Program-made: the position numbers and the translations under genes
Sequence record: DRR378314_2199
Strand: one strand, 5' to 3'
DNA: 33,294 nucleotides
Notes under the pieces: generated by a model
Database searches by the model: none
The model's input: only the letters and a program-made list of their open reading frames with translations
What the model was told of the DNA's origin: nothing
In this document: positions 9,035 to 17,914 of the stretch, piece by piece
How positions within the stretch are numbered: position 1 is the stretch's first letter
How the letters are laid out: the number at the start of each line of letters is the position of its first letter

Positions 9035-9877
9035 TCAGATAACCTCGGATTGAGTTGCCGATTTCGGGTCAAGTTCATCGCGCAGGGCATCCCCAAGAAG
9101 GTTCACGCCCAAAAGCGCAACCGAAATGCATAGCCCGGGCAAAAGACCAAGCATTGGGTAGCGCATCAGGTCCGCCTTGGCTTCGGCCAGCATATTGCCC
9201 CAACTTGGTTCCGGTGGCGGTACACCTAACCCCAGAAAGCTAAGGGCGCTTTCCGCCAGAAGCACCCAGCCGAACATCATTGTCGACAAGACGATCAAGG
9301 GTGCCAAACAGTTGGGCAAGACATGCACGACCAATGTGTAAAGGCGACCATTACCCATGCTTGCAGAGGCTTCGACAAATTCACTCTGGCTGATTGAAAG
9401 AACCGAACCGCGCACCACCCGTGTCACTGCGGGCAGATAGGCCAAGGATAAGGCCAGAATAACCCCATATCGGTTGGCACCAATCACCGCCATCAAGCCA
9501 AGCGCCATCAACAGTCCGGGAAAGGCCATGAGCGCATCAAGCACCATCATCAGAAACCGGTCAAACCAGCCACGGAAAAAGCCACCTGCCGCGCCAAGAA
9601 ATGTTCCAACGACAATGGGGATAACCAAGGTGCCCAAACCAATGGAGACCGAAACCCACGCTCCGCGCATCAACCGTGAAACGATGTCGCGCCCGAACAT
9701 GTCCGTGCCCAAGGGATGCATAGCGGAGATTTCGCCAAAGCGGTTCATCAGGTCGGATTTCAACGGATCATAGGGCGTATAAAAACTCCCTACCAACGCC
9801 GTCGCAAATACAAGACTGACAAGTATGATCCCAATCAGTCCATTTGTACGATACAACAGCCGGCCAATAAAATTCAT
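9035..9877 (-). CDS. Peptide ABC transporter permease (DppC/OppC-like)
   Basis: HPLGTDMFGRD, EFVEASASMG, HVLPN, ESALSFLGLGVPPPEPSWG. Confidence 0.93.
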   Translation of the reverse strand: MNFIGRLLYRTNGLIGIILVSLVFATALVGSFYTPYDPLKSDLMNRFGEISAMHPLGTDMFGRDIVSRLMRGAWVSVSIGLGTLVIPIVVGTFLGAAGGFFRGWFDRFLMMVLDALMAFPGLLMALGLMAVIGANRYGVILALSLAYLPAVTRVVRGSVLSISQSEFVEASASMGNGRLYTLVVHVLPNCLAPLIVLSTMMFGWVLLAESALSFLGLGVPPPEPSWGNMLAEAKADLMRYPMLGLLPGLCISVALLGVNLLGDALRDELDPKSATQSEVI

Positions 9878-10821
9878 GACAAACGTACCCTTGGGTCGAA
9901 GAAGGAATAGGCGATATCAATGGTAAGGTTGGTCACCACGTAAATCGCGGCAATGAACAGTAATGCTCCCTGAAGGACGGGGTAATCACGCGCATAGATG
10001 GAATCGACCAACAGTTTGCCAATGCCGGGCAATGTAAACACCGTTTCGGTTACCGCAGCGCCAGACAGCAATCCCGCCAGCATGATCCCAACCATTGTGA
10101 GTGTCGGCGCGAAGGCATTGGGGAAAACATGTCGCCAAAGAACGCGGCGTTCCGGCAGCCCCTTGGCCCGCGCATGCGTGATATAGTCTTTTTGCATGAT
10201 TTCGAGGCTTCCGGCACGCATCATCCGCGTCAGCACGGCAATCTCGGTCAGCGCAAGCGCTGTAACGGGCATGATGAGATAGATCATGCCGCGGCCCAGA
10301 TCTTCGCCAATCGAAACGAAACCTATGGTTGGCAACCATCCCAGTATCGCACCAAACACTACCAGTAACATCAATCCGACCCAAAAGCTGGGCATCGAAA
10401 GCAAGACGATCGAACCAAATACAATGGAATAATCCGTGCTTTGGTTGTGACGGTGCGCCGCCAAAAGTCCCAATGGTACAGCGATCAAAAGAGAGGTCAG
10501 CATTGCAATCAGAACAACAGAGGCAGTTACACCGATCCGTTGCCACAGCAGGCTGCCGACATCCTGACCATTCATGATGGAGGTGCCTAAATTGCCAGAC
10601 AACACTTCACCCAACCAGGTAAGAAACTGGATTGGCAAAGGTTTGTCCAAGCCCAATTGCTCTCGCATCATCGCCAAGGCAGCTTCGTCATCCACGTCAC
10701 CCCCCAGCATCATCAGGGCCGCATCGCCGGGCAGCGCCCGAACCATGGTAAAGATGATGAGGGTAACAATGATGAGGGTCGGAACCGACATCAGTATTCG
10801 CTTTAGTATGAAACTGAACAA
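9874..10821 (-). CDS. Peptide ABC transporter permease (DppB/OppB-like)
   Basis: LPGDAA, LGLDKPLPIQF, GNLGTS, DYITHARAKGL, ETVFTLPGIG, RDYPVLQG, DPRVR; TTG start. Confidence 0.93.
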   Translation of the reverse strand: MFSFILKRILMSVPTLIIVTLIIFTMVRALPGDAALMMLGGDVDDEAALAMMREQLGLDKPLPIQFLTWLGEVLSGNLGTSIMNGQDVGSLLWQRIGVTASVVLIAMLTSLLIAVPLGLLAAHRHNQSTDYSIVFGSIVLLSMPSFWVGLMLLVVFGAILGWLPTIGFVSIGEDLGRGMIYLIMPVTALALTEIAVLTRMMRAGSLEIMQKDYITHARAKGLPERRVLWRHVFPNAFAPTLTMVGIMLAGLLSGAAVTETVFTLPGIGKLLVDSIYARDYPVLQGALLFIAAIYVVTNLTIDIAYSFFDPRVRLS

Positions 10822-10849
10822 GGTCCCGGCCCTCCTGTTTGTTTTCGGC

Positions 10850-12406
10850 TCAACCGTCTACCCGAAGCATCCAACCGCGCAACAGACCGGCACCCCAGTT
10901 CTCAAAACCGGAAACCTTGTCTGACATGCCAACAAACAGGGTGCGGTGGCCAAGTCCAATTGCCGGAACCTCTTCGATAAACATCATGTGCAGCTTATCG
11001 ACGATCTCTTGCCGCAGTTTGGGATCGCCTGTCGCAAGCAAAGTCCCCATCAATTCAATGGCCTCGGGGTTCTTCCAGGCCTTGCGATCCGCAGCGCCGG
11101 TGAACATTTCAAAGCTTAGCCCGGCATGCAGGCGCGGGGAAAAGGTGAAACTTTGCATGCCATAGCCTGTTCCCTTGCGATAGGCATCAAGCTGTGTTCC
11201 CCATTCGACGACTTCCAGCTTTGTGTTCAGACCGACCTCGGACATCATCGCTTGTGCCATCAAGGCGCGTTCATAATAGGCACCCGATCGACGTGTCGCG
11301 AGAATTTTGATCTCGGCACCGTCATATCCAGCCTCTTCCAGCAACGCCTTGGCCTTTTCGGGATCGTACTCGGGGTATTTCGCCTGAACTTCAGTATAAT
11401 TCGCCGACATTGGCGGTACGGGTGAAGGCGATGCCGTTCCAAAACCTTCGGTTATTGCCCCAACAATTTGTTGCGGGTCAATTGCGTGCGCCATGGCCTG
11501 ACGGACCCGCCGGTCATCCAGCGGTGCCTCGCGACTGTTCAGAAGATAGGTATCCCAGACCGCAGAATCGGTTGCGTCAACCTTGAAGCCTGCCGCTTCT
11601 TTAAGCTCTGCTGCGGTTGGCGCATCAATGGACACAAGATCAAGATCGCCCGCTTTCAAAGCAGTGGATCGCACCGCGGCTTCGCTCACGATGTCCCAAC
11701 GAATTTTATCAACTGTTGGATTTTTCCCACCGCCGTAGCCATTTATCGGTTCATCACGCGGCACATAATCCGCGAACTTGTTCACCTCTACATATCGGCC
11801 TGACATGTGTTTGCCCATCATATAGGGGCCGGTTGCAATGGGTGTGTTCCAGCTGCCATCTGCATTGACGGAATCGGGATGCAATACCGCGATCGAACCA
11901 CAATCAAACCGTGCCATAATCGCGAGAAAGACGGCGTAAGGACGGTCGAGTTCGATAACAAATGTATAGTCATCCGTGGCCTTGGCAGATGTTACCTTAA
12001 TGTTGTTCTTTCCGTTAAAATAGTTCACGCAATGCGACTCTGACTGCGGGCCGGCAAGTCGCTCCCACGACCATGCTACCTCTTTCGCAGTCATTTCCTG
12101 CCCGTTATGAAACTTCACACCTTTGCGAAGATGAAAGGTGTATGTTTTGCCATCTTCAGAGATGTCAAAGCTCTCTGCCAGCATCGGAATAATGCTAAAA
12201 TCGCTGCCATAGGTCACAAGCCCTTCAACGATATGGCCGTGAATCTGATCGGTATTGCCATCACGTGTGACGCCGGGGTTGGTGCCACGAATATCAGCGT
12301 TCAGCGATGTGCGCACTATGGATTGCGCTGCCGCAGGCAAGACACCACTCAATCCAAAAGCCGCCGCAAGAACGGCTGTTCCAAGAAGTCTATTTCTTTG
12401 TTTCAC
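10850..12406 (-). CDS. Peptide ABC transporter substrate-binding protein (family 5)
   Basis: Signal peptide (MKQRNRLLGTAVLAAAFGLSGVLPAAAQ), PMLAESFDISEDGKTYTFHLRKGVKFHNG, PIATGPY, DRRVRQAMAHAID. Confidence 0.93.
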   Translation of the reverse strand: MKQRNRLLGTAVLAAAFGLSGVLPAAAQSIVRTSLNADIRGTNPGVTRDGNTDQIHGHIVEGLVTYGSDFSIIPMLAESFDISEDGKTYTFHLRKGVKFHNGQEMTAKEVAWSWERLAGPQSESHCVNYFNGKNNIKVTSAKATDDYTFVIELDRPYAVFLAIMARFDCGSIAVLHPDSVNADGSWNTPIATGPYMMGKHMSGRYVEVNKFADYVPRDEPINGYGGGKNPTVDKIRWDIVSEAAVRSTALKAGDLDLVSIDAPTAAELKEAAGFKVDATDSAVWDTYLLNSREAPLDDRRVRQAMAHAIDPQQIVGAITEGFGTASPSPVPPMSANYTEVQAKYPEYDPEKAKALLEEAGYDGAEIKILATRRSGAYYERALMAQAMMSEVGLNTKLEVVEWGTQLDAYRKGTGYGMQSFTFSPRLHAGLSFEMFTGAADRKAWKNPEAIELMGTLLATGDPKLRQEIVDKLHMMFIEEVPAIGLGHRTLFVGMSDKVSGFENWGAGLLRGWMLRVDG

Positions 12407-12444
12407 GAGCTTTCTCCCTGTTAGTTCTGTTGATTATCTGCCTC

Positions 12445-13557
12445 TTAATGAAGGCTATAGATTGTTGTTTCATTTGATTCATAAGGAAGCTGGCGCACCC
12501 GCAGTTCGCCGGCCCCCGCATCCATCAAAACCATTGCAACGGTGGCAGACAGGTAAGCGTTTGGTTCACCTTCATTGTCTTTTGGTTGTCGTATGATGCC
12601 GCGTGGCAGGCCGAACCGGTCGTCCAATGCGACAGCCAAGGTGTCCAGGTCGTGCTTGACCTCCGCGCCCTCAATCAGGCTGCGCAGACGCCGGTTGCGA
12701 AACAGGGTGTCCGCCCCGCGTGCAATTCCCAGATCACGTTCGCGCACACAGGCTGATGCGTTCATAAAGTGGTTTGAATGGGTCAAGCAGGCACCCTCCG
12801 GCGCGTCCCAGTATATTTCGGTAGGGGTGGTTTCGAAGTTCAGACAATCGCCGCTTTCGGCGCAGCTGATTGTCATGTTGTTCGAAACCGTGCGTGGCAA
12901 ACGATAAAGTTCTGTTAGCGCTTGAGAGTATCCGCCCGCTTCCAGTACCCTGCGCCGGATGACCGACAGTGGCACGCCAAAGGGCGCATGGCCGTCCTGA
13001 CCGCTGACCAGATTATTCCCTGTAATCGCCACACCGCGATCATTGAATCCGGCGCGGGCCAGCCCGCCCGCCTCGACATAGGTCAGAATGTCGGGATGTT
13101 TGTCATTACGGATTTTAAGAACAACCGTGCTTTCGGAACAATCCGCCAACCAATCCCAGTTTTGGACGTGGAGCAATCTCCCGCTTTTCGTCAACTCGGG
13201 CAGAACGACAGCTGAGGTACAGCCATCATCAAGGTTAGAAATATCCGTCGGGCGCTGCGCGTGCAGATTGATAATTTCACTGCGGCCGTTAATCACCAGA
13301 ATCTCTTCCAGTTTGACACCGGCACCTTTGGCGATGCCGCGCAATTCCTCCATGGCTTCGGGAACCTGCGGGGCAAGTGCCTCGCGCAATTCTGCGGCAT
13401 AGGCCAAGACGCTGTCCCAGTTCAGACCGTGTCTGTCCAACAGCGCCTCATAAACCCCAAGGCCGTGACGCACCTGAACATCAGCTTGTTTGCCATAAGA
13501 CAGGCCGCGTTCAAATGCGGGACCTTCTATTTCGACCAGTTTGGGTTGTGTAGCCAT
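12445..13557 (-). CDS. C45-family autoproteolytic acyltransferase/amidohydrolase (isopenicillin-N acyltransferase/Tan-like)
   Basis: ERGLSYG, EELRGIAKGAG, Gly/Cys autocleavage site DDG-C113-TS, QNWDW, GFNDRGVAITGNNL, THSNHF. Confidence 0.88.
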   Translation of the reverse strand: MATQPKLVEIEGPAFERGLSYGKQADVQVRHGLGVYEALLDRHGLNWDSVLAYAAELREALAPQVPEAMEELRGIAKGAGVKLEEILVINGRSEIINLHAQRPTDISNLDDGCTSAVVLPELTKSGRLLHVQNWDWLADCSESTVVLKIRNDKHPDILTYVEAGGLARAGFNDRGVAITGNNLVSGQDGHAPFGVPLSVIRRRVLEAGGYSQALTELYRLPRTVSNNMTISCAESGDCLNFETTPTEIYWDAPEGACLTHSNHFMNASACVRERDLGIARGADTLFRNRRLRSLIEGAEVKHDLDTLAVALDDRFGLPRGIIRQPKDNEGEPNAYLSATVAMVLMDAGAGELRVRQLPYESNETTIYSLH

Positions 13558-14426
13558 TATCGTTTACCCGGTTCAGGCAAGCGATCCCGCAGGACATCAT
13601 TGAAAAACCGTTCGACGTAAGGAAACACTCCGCGCATGTCATGCGGTACGCCGGGGGCCACATCATGCCAGACATCAATACCCCGCGCCTGTAAAGACTC
13701 GCGCAGCGTATCCAGTCGTTCATTACGGTTTTTACCGGCACTATTCGCACCTGGGATCACATCTGGCCCATCTTCGGGGAAGGTGATTTCCCATTCTTCG
13801 GTATCGGCCGCACCGACCGACATATGCACCTTGACCTGCTTGAGTGCATCGAAATCAATGCCATGCCCGAAGATATTGCGGAAATCACGAACGCCGGGCC
13901 ACCAATCCATTGTTTCGTCCAACAAGGTAACAGAGCCGGGCGCGCCGATCGACACCGCCTTTAGGCGGTCAGGATGCAGATAGAGAAACCGATGTGTAAA
14001 ATGCCCGCCGCCGGAGAAGCCAAACAACATGAATTTTTCAAACTGTCGTTTGATCAGCTCTCCGGCTTGCGTCACCATCGCCAAGAGCACATCGTCATAG
14101 CGAATGTCGCCTTCCAGCATGTATTTATAACCGTTGGCATTCAAATCCCCCGCAACACCTACTGGGAAGAGGGGGGCTAAGATTACACAGTTGTTGTATT
14201 TGCCAAAACTTGAAAATGCATTGCGATACTCTGACTGCAGCCGCATTGTGCCATGTACCGCCACAAGAAGATCAAGCTGTCGATCAGGTTCATCCCATGC
14301 ACTTTCCGGGATGTAGAGCATGAACGAGAATCGCGGATCATGCTTGCAAGCCAAAATCGTTGTGTTCCCGGTAAGATAAAGCGTTCGCGTGCGCTGCTCT
14401 CGGTTGTCATTCAGTCTTGGCAACAT
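13557..14426 (-). CDS. Alpha/beta serine hydrolase resembling poly(aspartic acid) hydrolase PahZ1
   Basis: VAVHGT oxyanion motif, ILAPLFPVG, GYKY...IRYD, nucleophile elbow FGFS138GGGHFTHRFLYLHP, VSIGAPG, DWWPGVR, VGAAD208TE-WEI, PGVPH262; similarity to PahZ1 recognised from memory. Confidence 0.8.
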   Translation of the reverse strand: MLPRLNDNREQRTRTLYLTGNTTILACKHDPRFSFMLYIPESAWDEPDRQLDLLVAVHGTMRLQSEYRNAFSSFGKYNNCVILAPLFPVGVAGDLNANGYKYMLEGDIRYDDVLLAMVTQAGELIKRQFEKFMLFGFSGGGHFTHRFLYLHPDRLKAVSIGAPGSVTLLDETMDWWPGVRDFRNIFGHGIDFDALKQVKVHMSVGAADTEEWEITFPEDGPDVIPGANSAGKNRNERLDTLRESLQARGIDVWHDVAPGVPHDMRGVFPYVERFFNDVLRDRLPEPGKR

Positions 14427-14459
14427 TTTCCACGCCTTCCTTTGTGAAAATCTAGGGCG

Positions 14460-14488
14460 ACGCTAGCCATCAAATTTATTGGAGTCAA
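14460..14488 (-). promoter_or_regulatory. Candidate sigma70 promoter of the hydrolase-C45-ABC operon
   Basis: Minus strand TTGACT-N17-TAGCGT, 33 bp upstream of the 14426 start. Confidence 0.55.
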
Positions 14489-14499
14489 AATATATTTAT

Positions 14500-14515
14500 A
14501 AATTGGCGCCAATTT
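14500..14515. promoter_or_regulatory. Candidate GntR/FCD operator
   Basis: Perfect 16-bp palindrome AAATTGGCGCCAATTT between the divergent operons; degenerate copy ATTGGAGTCAAA at 14478-14489 overlaps the -35. Confidence 0.65.
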
Positions 14516-14587
14516 TATGCTGCAATATTGATTGAGCAGGTTTTTATCGCTACAACCCACAAACCACCCGCCGACTCACAGGATAAA

Positions 14588-15262
14588 ATGACAGAACCAA
14601 TCAACGAAGGTGGGGCGAAAATGACCCCGGACGATATTTCGCAACTGCTGATGGCAGATATCAACATCGGTATTTTTCGGCGTGGTGAATGGTTGAAACA
14701 GATTGATCTGGAGCGGCGCTATAGCTGCACCCGTATCAAAGTGCGTAATGCGCTTAGCTACCTTCATTCACAGCGTTTGATTGAACATATTCCGAACCGT
14801 GGATACCGCGTGCCGGAACCAAATCCCTCACGGGAAAAAGAGATTGGCGAGGTTCGTGCCCTTCTTGAGGCCCATGCTGCTGCTGATGCAATTGAGCGTG
14901 CAACAACCGCCGACATCGACAAGTTGCAGTCCCTTGCAGAGGACTTTCGCGATGCGGCCTATAACGGAACATCCTTCGCGCAGATGGAGGCGAACCGCGC
15001 TTTTCACACGGTGCTTTACGGCTTCTGCCAGAATGAGTTCCTGCACGAATTGATTTTGGACATGCGCCGCCAAGGTCCTGCCGCCCCGATTGGTCAGTGG
15101 CAAACCATGGCCCAGTTGCAAAACTCGACCCAGGATCACTTCGACATCGTAGAGGCGATCCGGCAGCGCGACCTGACCGCCTTACGCGGCATTATCGCCC
15201 GCCACATCACCGGGAATCTTCAAGAAATTGACGAAACAGGCACATCGGAGACATCTGTATGA
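14588..15262 (+). CDS. GntR family transcriptional regulator (FCD domain)
   Basis: wHTH GEWLKQIDLERRYSCTRIKVRNAL...IPNRGYRV; FCD motifs RALLEAHAA, NRAFH, QDHFDIVEAIRQRD; start could be 14621. Confidence 0.9.
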   Translation: MTEPINEGGAKMTPDDISQLLMADINIGIFRRGEWLKQIDLERRYSCTRIKVRNALSYLHSQRLIEHIPNRGYRVPEPNPSREKEIGEVRALLEAHAAADAIERATTADIDKLQSLAEDFRDAAYNGTSFAQMEANRAFHTVLYGFCQNEFLHELILDMRRQGPAAPIGQWQTMAQLQNSTQDHFDIVEAIRQRDLTALRGIIARHITGNLQEIDETGTSETSV

Positions 15263-16212
15263 CACTTGACCCGGCTCTTGAACGGATGCTCACTGTTTCG
15301 CGCGAAAAAGGTGGCCCGGCTTTGAATGAAATGGCACTTAGTGATGCCCGTGGTGCCATGCGTGATATGTTTCTTGCCAACGGATACCCCACCTGTCACG
15401 CCGCTGAGGTCACCCATATTCCAGCAGAAGCCTGCGGCGGCACCTTCAGTTTGTACATCTATCGTCCCGCAAACGCCCAGGGCGCACTTCCTGCTGTGAT
15501 CTATTTTCATGGCGGTGGTTTTGTTCTTGGGGATGCGGCCACCTACGACACCCATTCACGCGCCCTTGCTCATCTGCTTGGGGTGGCCGTGGTTTTTGTT
15601 GAGTATCGGCTTGCGCCTGAGTATCGGTTCCCTGCAGCAGTCACGGATACCTGCGCGGCAATCGACTATATTGCCGATGCATCGATTGATCTGGGTCTGA
15701 ATCCAAATTGTCTGGTGGCGATGGGGGAGAGCGCTGGTGGCAATCTTGCGGTCAATGCCGTTCTGCATGCCCATCGAAAGGGTGATCTGCGGTTCAACGG
15801 CCTTTGCCTGATTTATCCGCTTGTCGACATGCAGCCGCTTGCTGAGGCGACTGTGCGCTATCCTTCCGTTGCGAAATTTGGCACCGGTACGAACCTTGAT
15901 TTGGAAGAAATGGGATGGTTCCGCGAAAACTATCTCAACAGCACGGATGAAGGCACCTTGCCGGAAAACACATTGCTGTTTCAACCTGACCTCGATCTGT
16001 TACCGCGCACACGGATCTATGTCGGAGAGTGTGATCCACTGCGTGACATGGGACTGGCATTCGCACCTTTGCTTATTGAAAACGGTGTAGACGCCAAGTC
16101 GGAAATCCTGCCGGGCATGATGCATAGTTTCATGTGCCAGGGGAACGTATCTGCTTTGGCCCTCAGACATTTCTTCCGTATCGTCGAAGATCTGGCTGAT
16201 CTGATGCGCTAG
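15259..16212 (+). CDS. Alpha/beta hydrolase, HSL/Aes-like esterase
   Basis: YFHGGGFVLG, EYRLAPEYRFPAA, GESAGGNLA, CDPLRD, GMMHSF; ATGA overlap with gntR. Confidence 0.92.
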   Translation: MTLDPALERMLTVSREKGGPALNEMALSDARGAMRDMFLANGYPTCHAAEVTHIPAEACGGTFSLYIYRPANAQGALPAVIYFHGGGFVLGDAATYDTHSRALAHLLGVAVVFVEYRLAPEYRFPAAVTDTCAAIDYIADASIDLGLNPNCLVAMGESAGGNLAVNAVLHAHRKGDLRFNGLCLIYPLVDMQPLAEATVRYPSVAKFGTGTNLDLEEMGWFRENYLNSTDEGTLPENTLLFQPDLDLLPRTRIYVGECDPLRDMGLAFAPLLIENGVDAKSEILPGMMHSFMCQGNVSALALRHFFRIVEDLADLMR

Positions 16213-16553
16213 CGTTGCTATTCGATGGGCGGCGACGCTCATAAGAGGGTAACAAACGCGGCCCGTGGTTTCGTGCGCGGCTGGTCATCTGGCAGCCGAT
16301 CGCGGCGAGCGCTGGCTGAAATGATGTGGCGGCACCTGCAATTGATGTTGGTGACGCATCTCTTTCTGCCACACATCTGCTTTGAGAATTAGGTGAGCGA
16401 AATGCAGTAACCGTTGGGCCGCTGGTGAGACTTATTGCTGAGCCGCAGTAAAACGAAACCCCAAGCATGGGAAACAGAACATGGGTTGCCCCAAAGGGCC
16501 ACTTTGAAGATACCAGTTCCTCGACGTCGCGCGTGTCTCAATCCCATTGGGGG

Positions 16554-16582
16554 AAAAGATTGCCTTGATCCAAGGCAATCTT
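16554..16582 (-). terminator. Rho-independent terminator downstream of gabT
   Basis: Perfect 12-bp inverted repeat aagattgccttg-atc-caaggcaatctt (16556-16582), ending in a short T run on the minus strand, 15 bp after the gabT stop. Confidence 0.7.
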
Positions 16583-16597
16583 CTGGGTCGACTGGTC

Positions 16598-17887
16598 TTA
16601 TCCCGCTGAAATAGCGGCCTCAATTGACGCTTCCAGTATATCCAGCGCCTCGTTTACCTGTTCGATTGGCGTGGTCAAAGGTGGCAGCAAGCGCACAACA
16701 TTGCCAAATGTCCCGCAGGGCAGGATGATCAAACCGCGCTCTTCTGCTTCGGCGATGACGCGCCCTGTCAGTGGGGCATCGGGACCATTGCTTTCGCGAT
16801 CCGTGACCAATTCAAAGGCAACCATGGCACCAAGGCCCCGCACGTCGCCAATGGGCTCCATCCCTTGCCGTTCTGCCAGTGCTTTCAGGCGGCTTTGAAT
16901 CATGTCCCCGATCTGGGTCGCACGTTCGCAGAGTACTTCTTCTTCAATCACCTCAAACACTGCATTCGCAGATGCAACAGAAAGCGGGTTGCCGGCGTAG
17001 GTACCACCAATCCCCCCGACAGGAGCTGCATCAACGACTTCGGCGCGTCCTGTAACTGCCGACAAAGGGAAACCGCCCGCCAGCCCTTTTGCCATCACCA
17101 TAAGGTCAGGCACGACACCGGAGTGCTCAAATGCAAACAGCTTGCCGGTCCGCGCCATCCCTGCCTGAACCTCATCGGCAATCAACATGATACCATGGGT
17201 GTCGCAGATCTCGCGCAGCTTCTTCAGGAATTCTTGCGGTGCGATGTTAAAGCCGCCTTCGCCCTGAACGGGTTCGATGATGATTGCGGCAACACGTTCG
17301 GGATCTATGGAAGATCTCAGCATGTTTTCCAGTACCGCAATCGACTGCTCAACCGTGACGCCCTGCATCGCGTTTGGAAACGGGGCGTGCATGACCTCTG
17401 GCGGCATGGCACCAAAGGCTTTTTTATAGGGGTTCACCTTGCCACAAAGCGCCATACCCAACAGGGTGCGCCCGTGAAATGCGCCACTGAAACCAATGAC
17501 GCCAGAACGACCTGTATAGGCGCGGGCCATCTTCACGGCATTCTCAACCGCTTCGGCACCCGTCGTGACCAGCATGGTTTTCTTGTCGAATGACCCCGGC
17601 GTTGACGCATTCAACCGTTCGGCCAGCTTCAGATAGCCCTCGTAAGGTGCGACGTGAAAGCAGGTATGGGTAAACTGTTCAGATTGTTGTGCAACGGCGG
17701 CCATCAGTTTTGGATGGCGATGCCCGGTATTGTTCACAGCAATACCCGCAGCAAAGTCGATGAAGCGTTTGCCATCGACATCCCACAGCTCTGCATTCTG
17801 TGCTCTCGCAGCATAGATGCCCCGTGTGCCGACGCCCTGAGCGACGGCATTCGTCCGACGTGTGATGAGTTCTTCTGTATTGGTCAT
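16598..17887 (-). CDS. gabT: 4-aminobutyrate/5-aminovalerate--2-oxoglutarate aminotransferase (class III PLP)
   Basis: DFAAGIAVNNTGHRHP, THTCFHV, TTGAEAVENAVK, FHGRT, EPVQGEGGF, ADEVQAG, MAKGLAGGFPLS, GGTYAGNP; ATG 17887 with GGAGG RBS. Confidence 0.93.
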   Translation of the reverse strand: MTNTEELITRRTNAVAQGVGTRGIYAARAQNAELWDVDGKRFIDFAAGIAVNNTGHRHPKLMAAVAQQSEQFTHTCFHVAPYEGYLKLAERLNASTPGSFDKKTMLVTTGAEAVENAVKMARAYTGRSGVIGFSGAFHGRTLLGMALCGKVNPYKKAFGAMPPEVMHAPFPNAMQGVTVEQSIAVLENMLRSSIDPERVAAIIIEPVQGEGGFNIAPQEFLKKLREICDTHGIMLIADEVQAGMARTGKLFAFEHSGVVPDLMVMAKGLAGGFPLSAVTGRAEVVDAAPVGGIGGTYAGNPLSVASANAVFEVIEEEVLCERATQIGDMIQSRLKALAERQGMEPIGDVRGLGAMVAFELVTDRESNGPDAPLTGRVIAEAEERGLIILPCGTFGNVVRLLPPLTTPIEQVNEALDILEASIEAAISAG

Positions 17888-17914
17888 AGTTGCCTCCAAG
17901 CGATTCTTGAAAAG

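Noticed and set aside
15296-15307. TTTCGCGCGAAA as a third parS
   Set aside because: Lacks the central base and the closing C of the 15-mer, so half-site spacing differs; far from the origin
16213-16550. Unassigned intergenic DNA as a small gene, sRNA or IS remnant
   Set aside because: No recognisable ORF motif, terminal repeats or strong structure
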